Shown here in pieces: positions 32,072 to 40,733 of a stretch of DNA of 64,000 bases. The notes under the pieces are model-generated. The model saw only the letters and a list, made by a program, of their open reading frames with translations, had not been told where the DNA came from and ran no database searches. Both the position numbers and the translations under genes were made by a program. The stretch is taken from assembly GCA_041615815.1 (NCBI GenBank), contig JBFJCP010000012.1, positions 1 to 64,000 on the forward strand. Direction: 5' to 3'. Each line of letters begins with the position of its first letter. Within the stretch, counting starts at the first letter, position 1. This stretch comes from Gemmatimonadales bacterium (GTDB lineage Bacteria; Gemmatimonadota; Gemmatimonadetes; Gemmatimonadales; GWC2-71-9).

Positions 32072-33146
32072 GCCGCGACACCGCCACGGTACGGGACAAG
32101 TCGTCGCGGACCCGTTCGTGCAAGCTGCCTGGTGCGAGCGCCTCTCGTGCCCGACGCACTTTGTCCAATCCCACTTTCCGCACGGCGATATGGCAGACGG
32201 GATCTCCGGGAACCACGGCCGGGAGTGTCGTCATGCCGAGTACTACGCCCGAGACCGGTGACTCGAGAACGTTCTGCTCCCGTCCAATGAGGCTCGTGTT
32301 GGTCGCGAGAACCTGGCCTCTTTGTACCACGCTCCCCGGCGCCACGTGAAACTCGAGGAACCCACCCACTTGTGCCCGGACCCACGTTGTCTTGGTGACA
32401 CGCAGCTGAAACGGCGGTCCCCGCCGTTCACCCGAGGTCATGCCCAGATCGATGAGCACGTTGTGAATACCCCGGCGACCGTACTCGACGATCCCTGGCT
32501 CGACCTTCCAGACCTCGCCCGCTTCTAGAATGATGGTCGGACAGTTCGCTGCGCAGGCCGCCCGACGGAGCGATCCTTTGGGACCCTTGGAACTGACCAC
32601 CAACTCGCTCCCGAACGCGCTCACCAGTCGCTCGCACCCTTCATTGCCGAGGTCCCCCCGCACGTTGGGATAGTTCACGCGGCGGACCGCCGCCGTGTGC
32701 AGGTCTATCCCGAAATCGGCACGGGCAACGACCTCCTCGAAGATCCGGTGGGCGAAGCGACTGGCGAGACTCCCGGTCGCAGTACCGGGGAAGGAGCGGT
32801 TGGGGTCGCGACGATCGGGTAAGTATCGGGTATGACGATCGAACCCCAGAATATTGACGACCGGCACCAACAGGAGCGTCCCGGCTTCCAAATCGAAGGG
32901 CGCACGCAGGATCAGCGAACGGATGATCCCCGTTCCATTGATCTCGTCCCCATGCACCGCCCCGGTGACGAAGACGACCGGCCCGGGTCTTGCCCCGCGC
33001 CAGACGTGAATGGGCACGGTGACCGGAGCGCTGCTGTAGCTTTCCGTGATCGTCAGCAGCACGTCGCGGCGCTCCCCCAACCCTACCTGTTCCCCGGCGA
33101 TTGCCAGCGGCTCGTCCGCCCTCACCGCGTCGTGCCGCTCGGTCAT
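32064..33146 (-). CDS. Succinylglutamate desuccinylase/aspartoacylase family (M14-like) peptidase
   Basis: HGDEING, DPNRSFPG, IDLHT, ILEAG. Confidence 0.9.
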   Translation of the reverse strand: MTERHDAVRADEPLAIAGEQVGLGERRDVLLTITESYSSAPVTVPIHVWRGARPGPVVFVTGAVHGDEINGTGIIRSLILRAPFDLEAGTLLLVPVVNILGFDRHTRYLPDRRDPNRSFPGTATGSLASRFAHRIFEEVVARADFGIDLHTAAVRRVNYPNVRGDLGNEGCERLVSAFGSELVVSSKGPKGSLRRAACAANCPTIILEAGEVWKVEPGIVEYGRRGIHNVLIDLGMTSGERRGPPFQLRVTKTTWVRAQVGGFLEFHVAPGSVVQRGQVLATNTSLIGREQNVLESPVSGVVLGMTTLPAVVPGDPVCHIAVRKVGLDKVRRAREALAPGSLHERVRDDLSRTVAVSRRG

Positions 33147-34324
33147 GTGGCGGCTGCGGCGCGGGGCAGTTTCTTTCGCCGCCGACGTTTCGGATGGGGA
33201 ATGAGCTCACGCATGGCGGTCAGTCTTCCGAAGCACAACAGGTGATCACCCACCTTGAGCCGGCGATCCCCCTTTGGGTTGGCAATGACATCGGTGTCAC
33301 GCTGTATGCTGAGCACGACGATGTCACGCTGGCGCAGCTGTGAATCGGCGATCGTTGCGCCCGCCAATTCCGATTTCGGCGCCACCACGAGCTCGGCCAC
33401 CCCGTAGCCACGGGTCTCGAAGAGACGTTGGCGGACATCGAGCTCGGGGAACTTCACGTGATCCTCCACATACTCGATGACCGCGCCGGCCACGTCCACT
33501 CCGGTTGCCCCCTCGATCCCTTCCAGCCCCGGTGAGGAGTTCACCTCCATGATCTGAGGCCCCTCGGCGGCCTCTAGCATGTCCACGCCTGCCACCCGCA
33601 GCCCCATGATCTGCGCGGCCTGCACTGCCGTGCGCTCGAACTCTCTGGTCAGCTCCACGGGCTCGGCCTTCCCACCCCGATGCACATTGCTGCGGAACTC
33701 CGTTCCCTGCGCGACGCGCCGCATGGCGGCGACGACCTGATCCCCGACGACGAACGCTCGGATATCCCGCCCCTTGCTCTCCGCAATGAATTTCTGAATC
33801 AGCACGTTTTGCTTTGCGCCCTGCAAGGCCTCGATGATGGCCTCCGCGACCTTGATACTCTCCGCCAGAATGACCCCCACACCTTGGGTCCCCTCGAGAA
33901 CCTTGATGACCACTGGAGCGCCACCCACACGCTCGACGGCCGGGAGGATGTCATAGCGGTCCCGCGCGAACGCCGTTCCGGGAATCCCGATGTTGTGCCG
34001 GCTGAGAATCTGGAGCGAGCGAAGCTTGTCCCGAGCATTGGCGACCCCGTTGGCGGAGTTGACGCAGAACACCCCCATCTGCTCGATCTGCCGAACCACC
34101 GCCGTCCCAAAGAACGTGATCGAGGCACCGATTCTCGGGATGATGGCATCCACATGGGGAAACGGCTTGCCCCGGTAGAACAAATCCGGATTCTCCTGCT
34201 CGAGGGAGATCGAGCATTTCAGCGTGTTGAGGACCTGCATCTGATGCCCGCGCGAACGCCCCGCCTCGACCAGACGACGCGTGCTATACAGCCGCGGTCC
34301 CCGGCTCAGGATTCCGATCTTCAT
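33143..34324 (-). CDS. rimK: RimK-family alpha-L-glutamate ligase with C-terminal TrkA_C (RCK_C) domain
   Basis: YSTRRL, IIPRIGAS, GTQGVGV, FRSNVHRGG, EVNSSPGLEGIE; extra domain SELAGATIAD...VLSIQR...NPKG...LKVGDHL. Confidence 0.93.
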   Translation of the reverse strand: MKIGILSRGPRLYSTRRLVEAGRSRGHQMQVLNTLKCSISLEQENPDLFYRGKPFPHVDAIIPRIGASITFFGTAVVRQIEQMGVFCVNSANGVANARDKLRSLQILSRHNIGIPGTAFARDRYDILPAVERVGGAPVVIKVLEGTQGVGVILAESIKVAEAIIEALQGAKQNVLIQKFIAESKGRDIRAFVVGDQVVAAMRRVAQGTEFRSNVHRGGKAEPVELTREFERTAVQAAQIMGLRVAGVDMLEAAEGPQIMEVNSSPGLEGIEGATGVDVAGAVIEYVEDHVKFPELDVRQRLFETRGYGVAELVVAPKSELAGATIADSQLRQRDIVVLSIQRDTDVIANPKGDRRLKVGDHLLCFGRLTAMRELIPHPKRRRRKKLPRAAAAT

Positions 34325-34809
34325 GTCTGTTCACTCGCCTTCTGTCGCCCGCGGCGACGTAACAGATATTTCACCGATGGATCGACGATGAAATCATCCT
34401 CGAGCGCCAACCGTCCCACCAGCATGCGGCACAGCATGCGCTTCCGTGATACTAGACTGAGTTGGATGGAGCGCTCCACCGGGCCCAGACGCATGGTCGT
34501 GGTGACGACGTAGCGGCGCTGAACCTTGCCACTGCTGGGGCGCACTCGCGTGATCCTGGTCAGATCCGCTTCCACGGGGATGCGTTCCGTGCGCTTTCCA
34601 CCCGTCACCACGTCGAAACGTACGCGCCCATCCGCCAAGAGTTCGAGGCCCTCGACATGGAGCGCGCTGGTCCGCGCGCCCGTATCGAGTTTGGCACGGA
34701 TCGACGGAATGCCCCACTCCGGAAGCGCGACGAATTCCCGCCAGCCGACAATGGTTTTGGAATTGGCAGAAGGCACGGTCCCCCGGTGGTTGACGCTGGG
34801 CTCTTGCAT
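34321..34809 (-). CDS. RimK-associated retropepsin-like protease (RimB-like)
   Basis: VGWREFVALP, AKLDTGARTSALH, MLVGRLAL, FIVDPS. Confidence 0.9.
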   Translation of the reverse strand: MQEPSVNHRGTVPSANSKTIVGWREFVALPEWGIPSIRAKLDTGARTSALHVEGLELLADGRVRFDVVTGGKRTERIPVEADLTRITRVRPSSGKVQRRYVVTTTMRLGPVERSIQLSLVSRKRMLCRMLVGRLALEDDFIVDPSVKYLLRRRGRQKASEQT

Positions 34810-34859
34810 TCACTATCCGGCGACAGTGCCGCCGAGGTCAAGGGCCAGGCCGGCGCTCC

Positions 34860-36266
34860 TCAGTCCCAGACCTCCTGGGAACGCTGCACCCGTCGGTCAA
34901 CCTTCTCCACGTACCCCTGAATGTCGCTCTTCCGCTCGAGGCCGGCAGCGGACATGTATCGCACCGTGCCGAAGATGTCCCGCTCCTGCCAGGGACGGTC
35001 ATGAAGACCAAACACCCATCCCACCCCGGCATACGAGTTTGGGTCGCGGCCGTCCAAGAAGTATTTGTTGTTGAACTCGAGGGCGACGCGGTAGGCATAC
35101 TCCGGAGTGTTGGTCCATTCGAGAATCTTCTTCCCCCAGTACATGCGCATGTAATTGTGCATGTACCCGGTGTAGCGCATCTCCCGCATGGCAGCATTCC
35201 AATACGGGTCGTGGGTCTGGGCAGCTTCGAGCTCACGCTTGGTAAAGAGGTGCTCGCGCTCGTCGTCCTTGTGCTTGGCCAACGTTTTCCGGGCCCACTC
35301 GGGAAGGCATTGGTACGAGTCATAGCGACTCGTGTAGTTGACGAAATTCATCGACAGCTCGCGGCGAACCAGCAGCTCCTCGAGAAACGACTCCCGTTGC
35401 CCTCGCGCGGCTCGGGCTTCCCGCGCACGCAGCGCAACGTACAGCGGTGAGATTTGTCCGAAGTGGAGGTATTTGCTGAGATGGGAGGTGTGATCCGTTT
35501 GGGGCTGGTTGCGATGCTCGTCGTACTGTGGAAGTATCTCACCGAGAAAATCGTCCAGGAGTTCCCGTGCCACGCGCGTGCCACCCTGGAAGAAGTGGTT
35601 GACCGGCTTCACGTCGGGGTCGAGCTTGAGCTTCCTGAGCACCGCATCGAGGTCCTCGAGATCTAACCCCTCGACTTTCAGGCCCAGGCTGCTTCGCTCC
35701 ACGGACGTGGTCCGCAGATCCACCAAATAGTCTTCGAGATATCGGTGCAGCTTGGGTCGGAGTGTGCGTGCTGCGTATTCCGCCTTTTGCGATACCACCT
35801 CCACCGGGACCACCACGTCGGTCTCGATCTGGACCACCCGACACCGTGCTTTCTCTGCCAGCTCGTGACGCCACGACTTGAGATGTCGGAGATAGCCACG
35901 ATCGCAGACCACGAGCGCCGCGTGCCGGGCGAGTCGGAGTGCAACCTCCGGCGGTGCTCCTCGCTGCACGACGAACAGGATGTTCCGCCGCTCCAGCGCC
36001 TGTTGCACCTCCCGTAATCCCTCCAGCATGAAGCGGTAATGCCGAACATTGGCCTCGGGGTAGTCGTCCATGAGCCCAAATCCCACCAGGAGCGGTACCT
36101 GCTGCTCGTTGGCCTGCTGGATGGCGTACTCCAAGGCATGGTTGCACTCCGCCCGCTGACTCCGCTGCATCCAGTACAAGACATAGTCACCGGCACGGGG
36201 AGAGTCGTCCCTAAGCACCTGGACTCGTGTGTCGTCGATTAGCGTAGTGGTCGCCATCTCGTCCAT
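34860..36266 (-). CDS. phrB: Class II CPD DNA photolyase
   Basis: VLYWMQRSQRA, LSKYLHFGQIS, GYMHNYMRMYWGKKILEW, DGRDPNSY; start 36266 or 36257. Confidence 0.93.
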   Translation of the reverse strand: MDEMATTTLIDDTRVQVLRDDSPRAGDYVLYWMQRSQRAECNHALEYAIQQANEQQVPLLVGFGLMDDYPEANVRHYRFMLEGLREVQQALERRNILFVVQRGAPPEVALRLARHAALVVCDRGYLRHLKSWRHELAEKARCRVVQIETDVVVPVEVVSQKAEYAARTLRPKLHRYLEDYLVDLRTTSVERSSLGLKVEGLDLEDLDAVLRKLKLDPDVKPVNHFFQGGTRVARELLDDFLGEILPQYDEHRNQPQTDHTSHLSKYLHFGQISPLYVALRAREARAARGQRESFLEELLVRRELSMNFVNYTSRYDSYQCLPEWARKTLAKHKDDEREHLFTKRELEAAQTHDPYWNAAMREMRYTGYMHNYMRMYWGKKILEWTNTPEYAYRVALEFNNKYFLDGRDPNSYAGVGWVFGLHDRPWQERDIFGTVRYMSAAGLERKSDIQGYVEKVDRRVQRSQEVWD

Positions 36267-36386
36267 TTGGTCGGCGAGAAAGAAGCACCCGGGAATGGCT
36301 GGAAGTTGACGGTGCCGGACATGTTGTCAATTCGCAACGGGATCGGCATTCATTGATCTCATCTGTCGCCCATCTCCACCGGGGGA

Positions 36387-37484
36387 GTGCTCATGTCCGC
36401 TATCGACCGTTGTGTTCTCTTGCTAGCGGGGGCGCTACTGGTCGCCCCAGGCTCGCTGCCGGTATCCGCTCTCGCTCAGGGCCCCGGCCCTTTGCTGGTG
36501 GCCACGCGCGATGTCCCACCTTTCGCGATGCGCGACGCCGAGGGACAGTGGCAAGGGATCAGCATCGACCTCTGGAGGGAGATTGCCGAAGCGCTGGAGG
36601 TGGCGTTCGAGTTTCGGGATGTGGAATCGGTCGACAGCGCGCTCCAGGGCGTCGCGTCCGGCTCACTCGGCGCCGCCGTGGGGGCGTTCACGATCACGGC
36701 CGAGCGAGAACGCATGGTGGACTTCACCCATCCATTCTTCATTTCGGGCCTCGGCATCGCCGTCGTGGCTCGCGAACAGGGTCTGCTCCGAAGCCTCCTG
36801 GATGCCATCCTCTCACCCACCTTCCTCACCGTGGTCTCCAGCCTGGCGCTCGTTCTGTTCGCGGCTGGTCTTCTCGTGTGGCTGTTCGAACGAAAGGCGA
36901 ACGCAGAACAGTTCGGGGGTCCGACCGCGCAGGGGCTGGGCTCCGGTTTCTGGTGGGCCGCCGTAACCATGACCACCGTCGGATACGGAGACAAGGCACC
37001 GCGCACCGCCGGCGGTCGGGCCGTGGGGCTCGTCTGGATGTTTGCCAGCATCATCATGATCTCCGGGTTCACCGCGGGCATTGCATCGGCACTCACGGTC
37101 CAACGTCTCGATACGCCCATCCAAGGACCGGAGGACCTGCCCGGCAACGTGGTGGGCACCCTTGCTGGATCCACGAGCGAGACGTACTTGATCCGCAATC
37201 GGATCAGGACGGTGGAGTTTGAGAGCGTGCCCCAGGCCCTGGAAGCCCTGACTGCCGGGAGGGTGGACGCCGTGGTCTACGACCGCGCATTGCTGCGCTA
37301 CGAAGTCAACAACGCTTTCGCGGACGACCTGCGAGTGTTGCCGCGCACCTTCGAGCCCCAGGAGTATGGGATCATGCTGCCACCCGGTAGCGCGCTCAGA
37401 GAGCCGATCAACCAAGCACTGCTGGAGGCGACGTCCGACGACACCTGGAGGGGCATCCTCCACCGGTATCTGGGCGCCGACTGA
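36387..37484 (+). CDS. Prokaryotic ionotropic-glutamate-receptor-like K+ channel (GluR0-type architecture)
   Basis: Signal peptide, S1 (PPF, ITAERERMVDFT), M1-pore-M2 with TMTTVGYGD, S2 (GSTS, YD). Confidence 0.9.
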   Translation: MLMSAIDRCVLLLAGALLVAPGSLPVSALAQGPGPLLVATRDVPPFAMRDAEGQWQGISIDLWREIAEALEVAFEFRDVESVDSALQGVASGSLGAAVGAFTITAERERMVDFTHPFFISGLGIAVVAREQGLLRSLLDAILSPTFLTVVSSLALVLFAAGLLVWLFERKANAEQFGGPTAQGLGSGFWWAAVTMTTVGYGDKAPRTAGGRAVGLVWMFASIIMISGFTAGIASALTVQRLDTPIQGPEDLPGNVVGTLAGSTSETYLIRNRIRTVEFESVPQALEALTAGRVDAVVYDRALLRYEVNNAFADDLRVLPRTFEPQEYGIMLPPGSALREPINQALLEATSDDTWRGILHRYLGAD

Positions 37485-37502
37485 GTGCCGCCGACGCCGC
37501 GA

Positions 37503-38225
37503 TCAGCGAAAGCCGAGCGCCACCCCGATCCGCACCAACACCATGTTGGTCGTGCTCTCGATGGGCGTGATGCGCAGAAAGCCGTCCGGGAGCTCTTCGA
37601 TGCCCCCCTCTCGGAGGTACCTCGTCTCACCGTGCCGGAGGAATTGCCCCGAGAGATCGAGCGACACCGGCGTCCGCCCGCTGGACAGGCGGATGATCAG
37701 CCCTCCACCACCGCTCAACGCCCAGGTCACGTCGTCGAAGTTTGTGCTGGAAATGGCGGGTGAGAAATCCACGTCACCGCGCACCGACGATTCGGTGGCG
37801 AAATACGAGAGGCCCACCGTGCCGAACGCGTACGGTCGGACGCGCCCCCTGGGCACCATCCACTGCGGCCCTGCACCGAGCGACACAAAGAAGTTCGTCG
37901 TCGTCACGTCCACGGTGACCCGGCGAATCGTCTCGCTCAAGGGACGGCGGACCGTTTCGCTGCCGTAGACGATGAACCGGCCGTCGACCCGGAGCCCGAT
38001 GGCTCCACTGCGTTCGAGGGTGGCGAGGAAATATCCGTCCAGACCTCCGCCGAACTTCACGAAGTCGCCGAACTCACCTACGGGGACTCCGAGGACCACG
38101 CCGAGTCCGCCTCCAAACCGACTCCCCGGCTCCCGAACTTCTACGAGCTGAGCCGGCACCGGCGGGGCAGCCACTCCAGCCACCACCAACCCGAGAACAA
38201 CGAGGATCACGACCGTGCGTGCCAT
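37503..38225 (-). CDS. Outer-membrane beta-barrel protein
   Basis: Signal peptide; alternating beta strands (RPYAFGTVGLSYF); C-terminal RIGVALGF. Confidence 0.75.
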   Translation of the reverse strand: MARTVVILVVLGLVVAGVAAPPVPAQLVEVREPGSRFGGGLGVVLGVPVGEFGDFVKFGGGLDGYFLATLERSGAIGLRVDGRFIVYGSETVRRPLSETIRRVTVDVTTTNFFVSLGAGPQWMVPRGRVRPYAFGTVGLSYFATESSVRGDVDFSPAISSTNFDDVTWALSGGGGLIIRLSSGRTPVSLDLSGQFLRHGETRYLREGGIEELPDGFLRITPIESTTNMVLVRIGVALGFR

Positions 38226-38353
38226 GCGTGCCTCCGCCAGTGCTTCATGTGTCCGTACCCCGCAGCCGGCGAGAAGTGCGAACACAAGCCGTGCGTGGGG
38301 CCGTGGCGCAGGCAACGGCCGGTGCCGATGGTCCACGGAAACCCGGGCGATAC

Positions 38354-39538
38354 CTACTCGCCGTGATACCGGGCGGCCTCCTTACCGCGGGCAAGCACGA
38401 CCTCCGGACGCCAGCGGAATTTCTCTAACCACGGATTGGTGATCCCTTCGACCGCATCGGCCGCGAGCCCTCCGAGGATGGGCGCGAACTTGAACCCGTG
38501 GCCGCTCCCCCCGGTCGTCACGGTGAGTCCCTGACGATCCGGATCCCGAGCAATCCAGAAGTCCTCGTCCTGCGTGTCGGCGTAGAGGCAGAGTCTCGTG
38601 AACACGATCGGGGCTTTCAAAAGCTCCGGAAACGTCTCCTCGAGAAAGGCGTGGAGCTGTTCCCGTTGCCGAGTAGTGACCTGTCGTGGAGCGTCCGGAT
38701 CGATCTCGAGCCCCACGCCGTGATTGGCGATCTTGACGATCCCGTCACGATTGGCGGGAAAGCCGTAATAGCCGGTGCGCGCGACATCAGCCGTGAACGT
38801 CGGGAACCGAGCAGGCGCAAACGGCTCCTCATCCTCCGGTCGCAGATGAAATACCGGATGCCCGGTGGGGCGGATCGCCTGCGCCAGCCCCAGAAGCTTC
38901 CCGGTCCACGCACCACACGCGAGGACCACGTCGTCCGCGTCGATCAGTGCCCCAGCATGATCCCGGACGCCGACCACACGACCCCGGCGTTCCGCCAAGC
39001 CGCTGATCCGGCGGCCGAGCTGGAGCTCGACCCCGGCCGCCACCGCCCACCGCGCCACCGCCTCGACCACGCGGCCACTCTCGGCGTACCCGCCCTTATG
39101 ATGAAAGAACCCGTCGACGTACCGTCCGGTGCTCCAGGCCGGGAAACGTCGTGTCAAGCCAGCCGCATCGATCCGCTCCGGCCGGTGTCCGCGCGTCCGT
39201 AACATCTCCCAGCTCTCGAACTCGAACCCCCCCGATGCCATGGGGTCGCGGCACACCATGAGCACACCGGTCTCGTGGAAGAGAGGATCGACGCCCTCGT
39301 CCCACCAGCTCGCATTCCAGGCAATCCACCCGTCTCGCGCTTCCTCCATCAGGGCCATGTAGCTCTCATCCGGCCCGTACTCCATACGAATGACCTTGCT
39401 GATGTCGGTGCTCGCGGCCAACGGATGTGGCAGCGGTCCGGGATCGACGACGGTCACCCGGTGACCTCGACGGCGGAGCTCGAGTGCGGCGGTGATTCCG
39501 AAGATGCCCGCCCCGACCACGACGACCCGGGCACTCAC
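38354..39538 (-). CDS. FAD-dependent amine oxidase (sarcosine/pipecolate/fructosyl-amine oxidase family)
   Basis: GAGIFG, ASTDISKVIR, RLCLYADT (Cys at covalent-flavin-like position), GSGHGFKF. Confidence 0.85.
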   Translation of the reverse strand: MSARVVVVGAGIFGITAALELRRRGHRVTVVDPGPLPHPLAASTDISKVIRMEYGPDESYMALMEEARDGWIAWNASWWDEGVDPLFHETGVLMVCRDPMASGGFEFESWEMLRTRGHRPERIDAAGLTRRFPAWSTGRYVDGFFHHKGGYAESGRVVEAVARWAVAAGVELQLGRRISGLAERRGRVVGVRDHAGALIDADDVVLACGAWTGKLLGLAQAIRPTGHPVFHLRPEDEEPFAPARFPTFTADVARTGYYGFPANRDGIVKIANHGVGLEIDPDAPRQVTTRQREQLHAFLEETFPELLKAPIVFTRLCLYADTQDEDFWIARDPDRQGLTVTTGGSGHGFKFAPILGGLAADAVEGITNPWLEKFRWRPEVVLARGKEAARYHGE

Positions 39539-40665
39539 GGCGCGCCCTCGGACCTCGCCGACATGCGAGGCTCGTTGCTAGCTCGCGGGTATCGCCCGAT
39601 CTTCCAAATCCCCCAGGTCAGGATGGGAATCACAAAGACCACGATGAAGGCCCACGTGAGCGTGCCGTAGCCCTTCTCGATCAAGCCGATCAGCCCAATC
39701 CGCGACAGCGCCGTGGCGGCGACCAAGAACCCGATGGCGACCACCGGACGAACGGAGGCGGCGAGATGACGTCCGCGCTCCTCGTACCACCCGGCGATGC
39801 GCTCGTTCACCGCATGAATCATCCCGGTTCCCGTCTCGATGAGCGTGCCGAAGAGCACGACCTGAAACACCACCTGGAACGTTCGCGAGCCCAGAATCTC
39901 GAGCACGTAATTGGCGGGGACCGGCCGGTCGAGGATGTGCGGGTACTGACCGACCATCGCAAGATAGAACAACAACCCCGGAATGATGGCAATGGGCCCC
40001 GCCAACAGCCCCGCCGCCACAGCCTCCCGCCGAGTCTCCGCATGTCGAACCACGAACAGCACGGCCGGGATGACCGCCAAGTTATAGCCGGCGTACTTCA
40101 CTCCTTGGACGATCCAGCCACTACCCACTTGGCTCTGCGCGAACGCCGTCCCGATGTCGGTACCGAACTGGCTGAACGCCCAGATGAAGAGCACCACGTA
40201 CACCCCGTAGAGCACGAACGACCAACCGGCGAGGAAACGCTCAATCGTCGTGCTCCCTTTGAACACGAGGAATCCCACGGCTGCCATGATGGCGCCCACA
40301 CCCACGGCATACGGGAGTCCGAACGTCTCCTCCAACATCGAACCGGCCGCCGCGCCAATGACAGCCAGGACGATCAGCATGAGCGCGACGTAGGATATCT
40401 CGAACAAGAACCACGCGGGGCCGAGCAAGTGCTTGAAGAAGCTGCGGTAGTCATAGCTTCGAAAGATCCGGGCGAACTCGAAACTCGCCGCGCTGACAAT
40501 ACTCCAGATAGCCGTCGAGACCAGCAGCATTGCGAGCAGCCCGGCCACCGGACCCTGCGTGAGAAAGAACTCGACGATCTCCCGCCCGGTGCCATATCCA
40601 CCTGCGATCACCACGGACTGAAAGACAAATCCCGGCAGGAAGTACTTGCGAAACACCGTGCCCAC
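39535..40665 (-). CDS. YkvI-like membrane protein (putative transporter)
   Basis: VVIAGGYGTGREIVEFF, many TMs, LIEKGYG; GTGA overlap with the oxidase. Confidence 0.8.
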   Translation of the reverse strand: MGTVFRKYFLPGFVFQSVVIAGGYGTGREIVEFFLTQGPVAGLLAMLLVSTAIWSIVSAASFEFARIFRSYDYRSFFKHLLGPAWFLFEISYVALMLIVLAVIGAAAGSMLEETFGLPYAVGVGAIMAAVGFLVFKGSTTIERFLAGWSFVLYGVYVVLFIWAFSQFGTDIGTAFAQSQVGSGWIVQGVKYAGYNLAVIPAVLFVVRHAETRREAVAAGLLAGPIAIIPGLLFYLAMVGQYPHILDRPVPANYVLEILGSRTFQVVFQVVLFGTLIETGTGMIHAVNERIAGWYEERGRHLAASVRPVVAIGFLVAATALSRIGLIGLIEKGYGTLTWAFIVVFVIPILTWGIWKIGRYPRASNEPRMSARSEGAP

Positions 40666-40698
40666 GCCGCACGCCTCCTGGAGAGCCGTCCGTTCCGG

Positions 40699-40727
40699 TT
40701 GACAGGGTCCAAAACCCCGTCGAATGT
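40699..40727 (+). promoter_or_regulatory. Sigma-70 promoter candidate with overlapping inverted repeat
   Basis: TTGACA-N17-GAATGT ending 7 nt before ATG 40734; GACnGGGT-N5-ACCCnGTC at 40701-40721. Confidence 0.45.
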
Positions 40728-40733
40728 GCGAGC

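Noticed and set aside
36306..36330. TTGAC...GTCAA inverted repeat as an FNR/CRP site
   Set aside because: The 15-nt spacing does not fit TTGAT-N4-ATCAA; more likely back-to-back -35 elements of the divergent genes.
38309..38328. Sigma-54-like CGGCAC...TTGC upstream of the beta-barrel gene
   Set aside because: GG-to-GC spacing is 11 nt rather than the strict 10.
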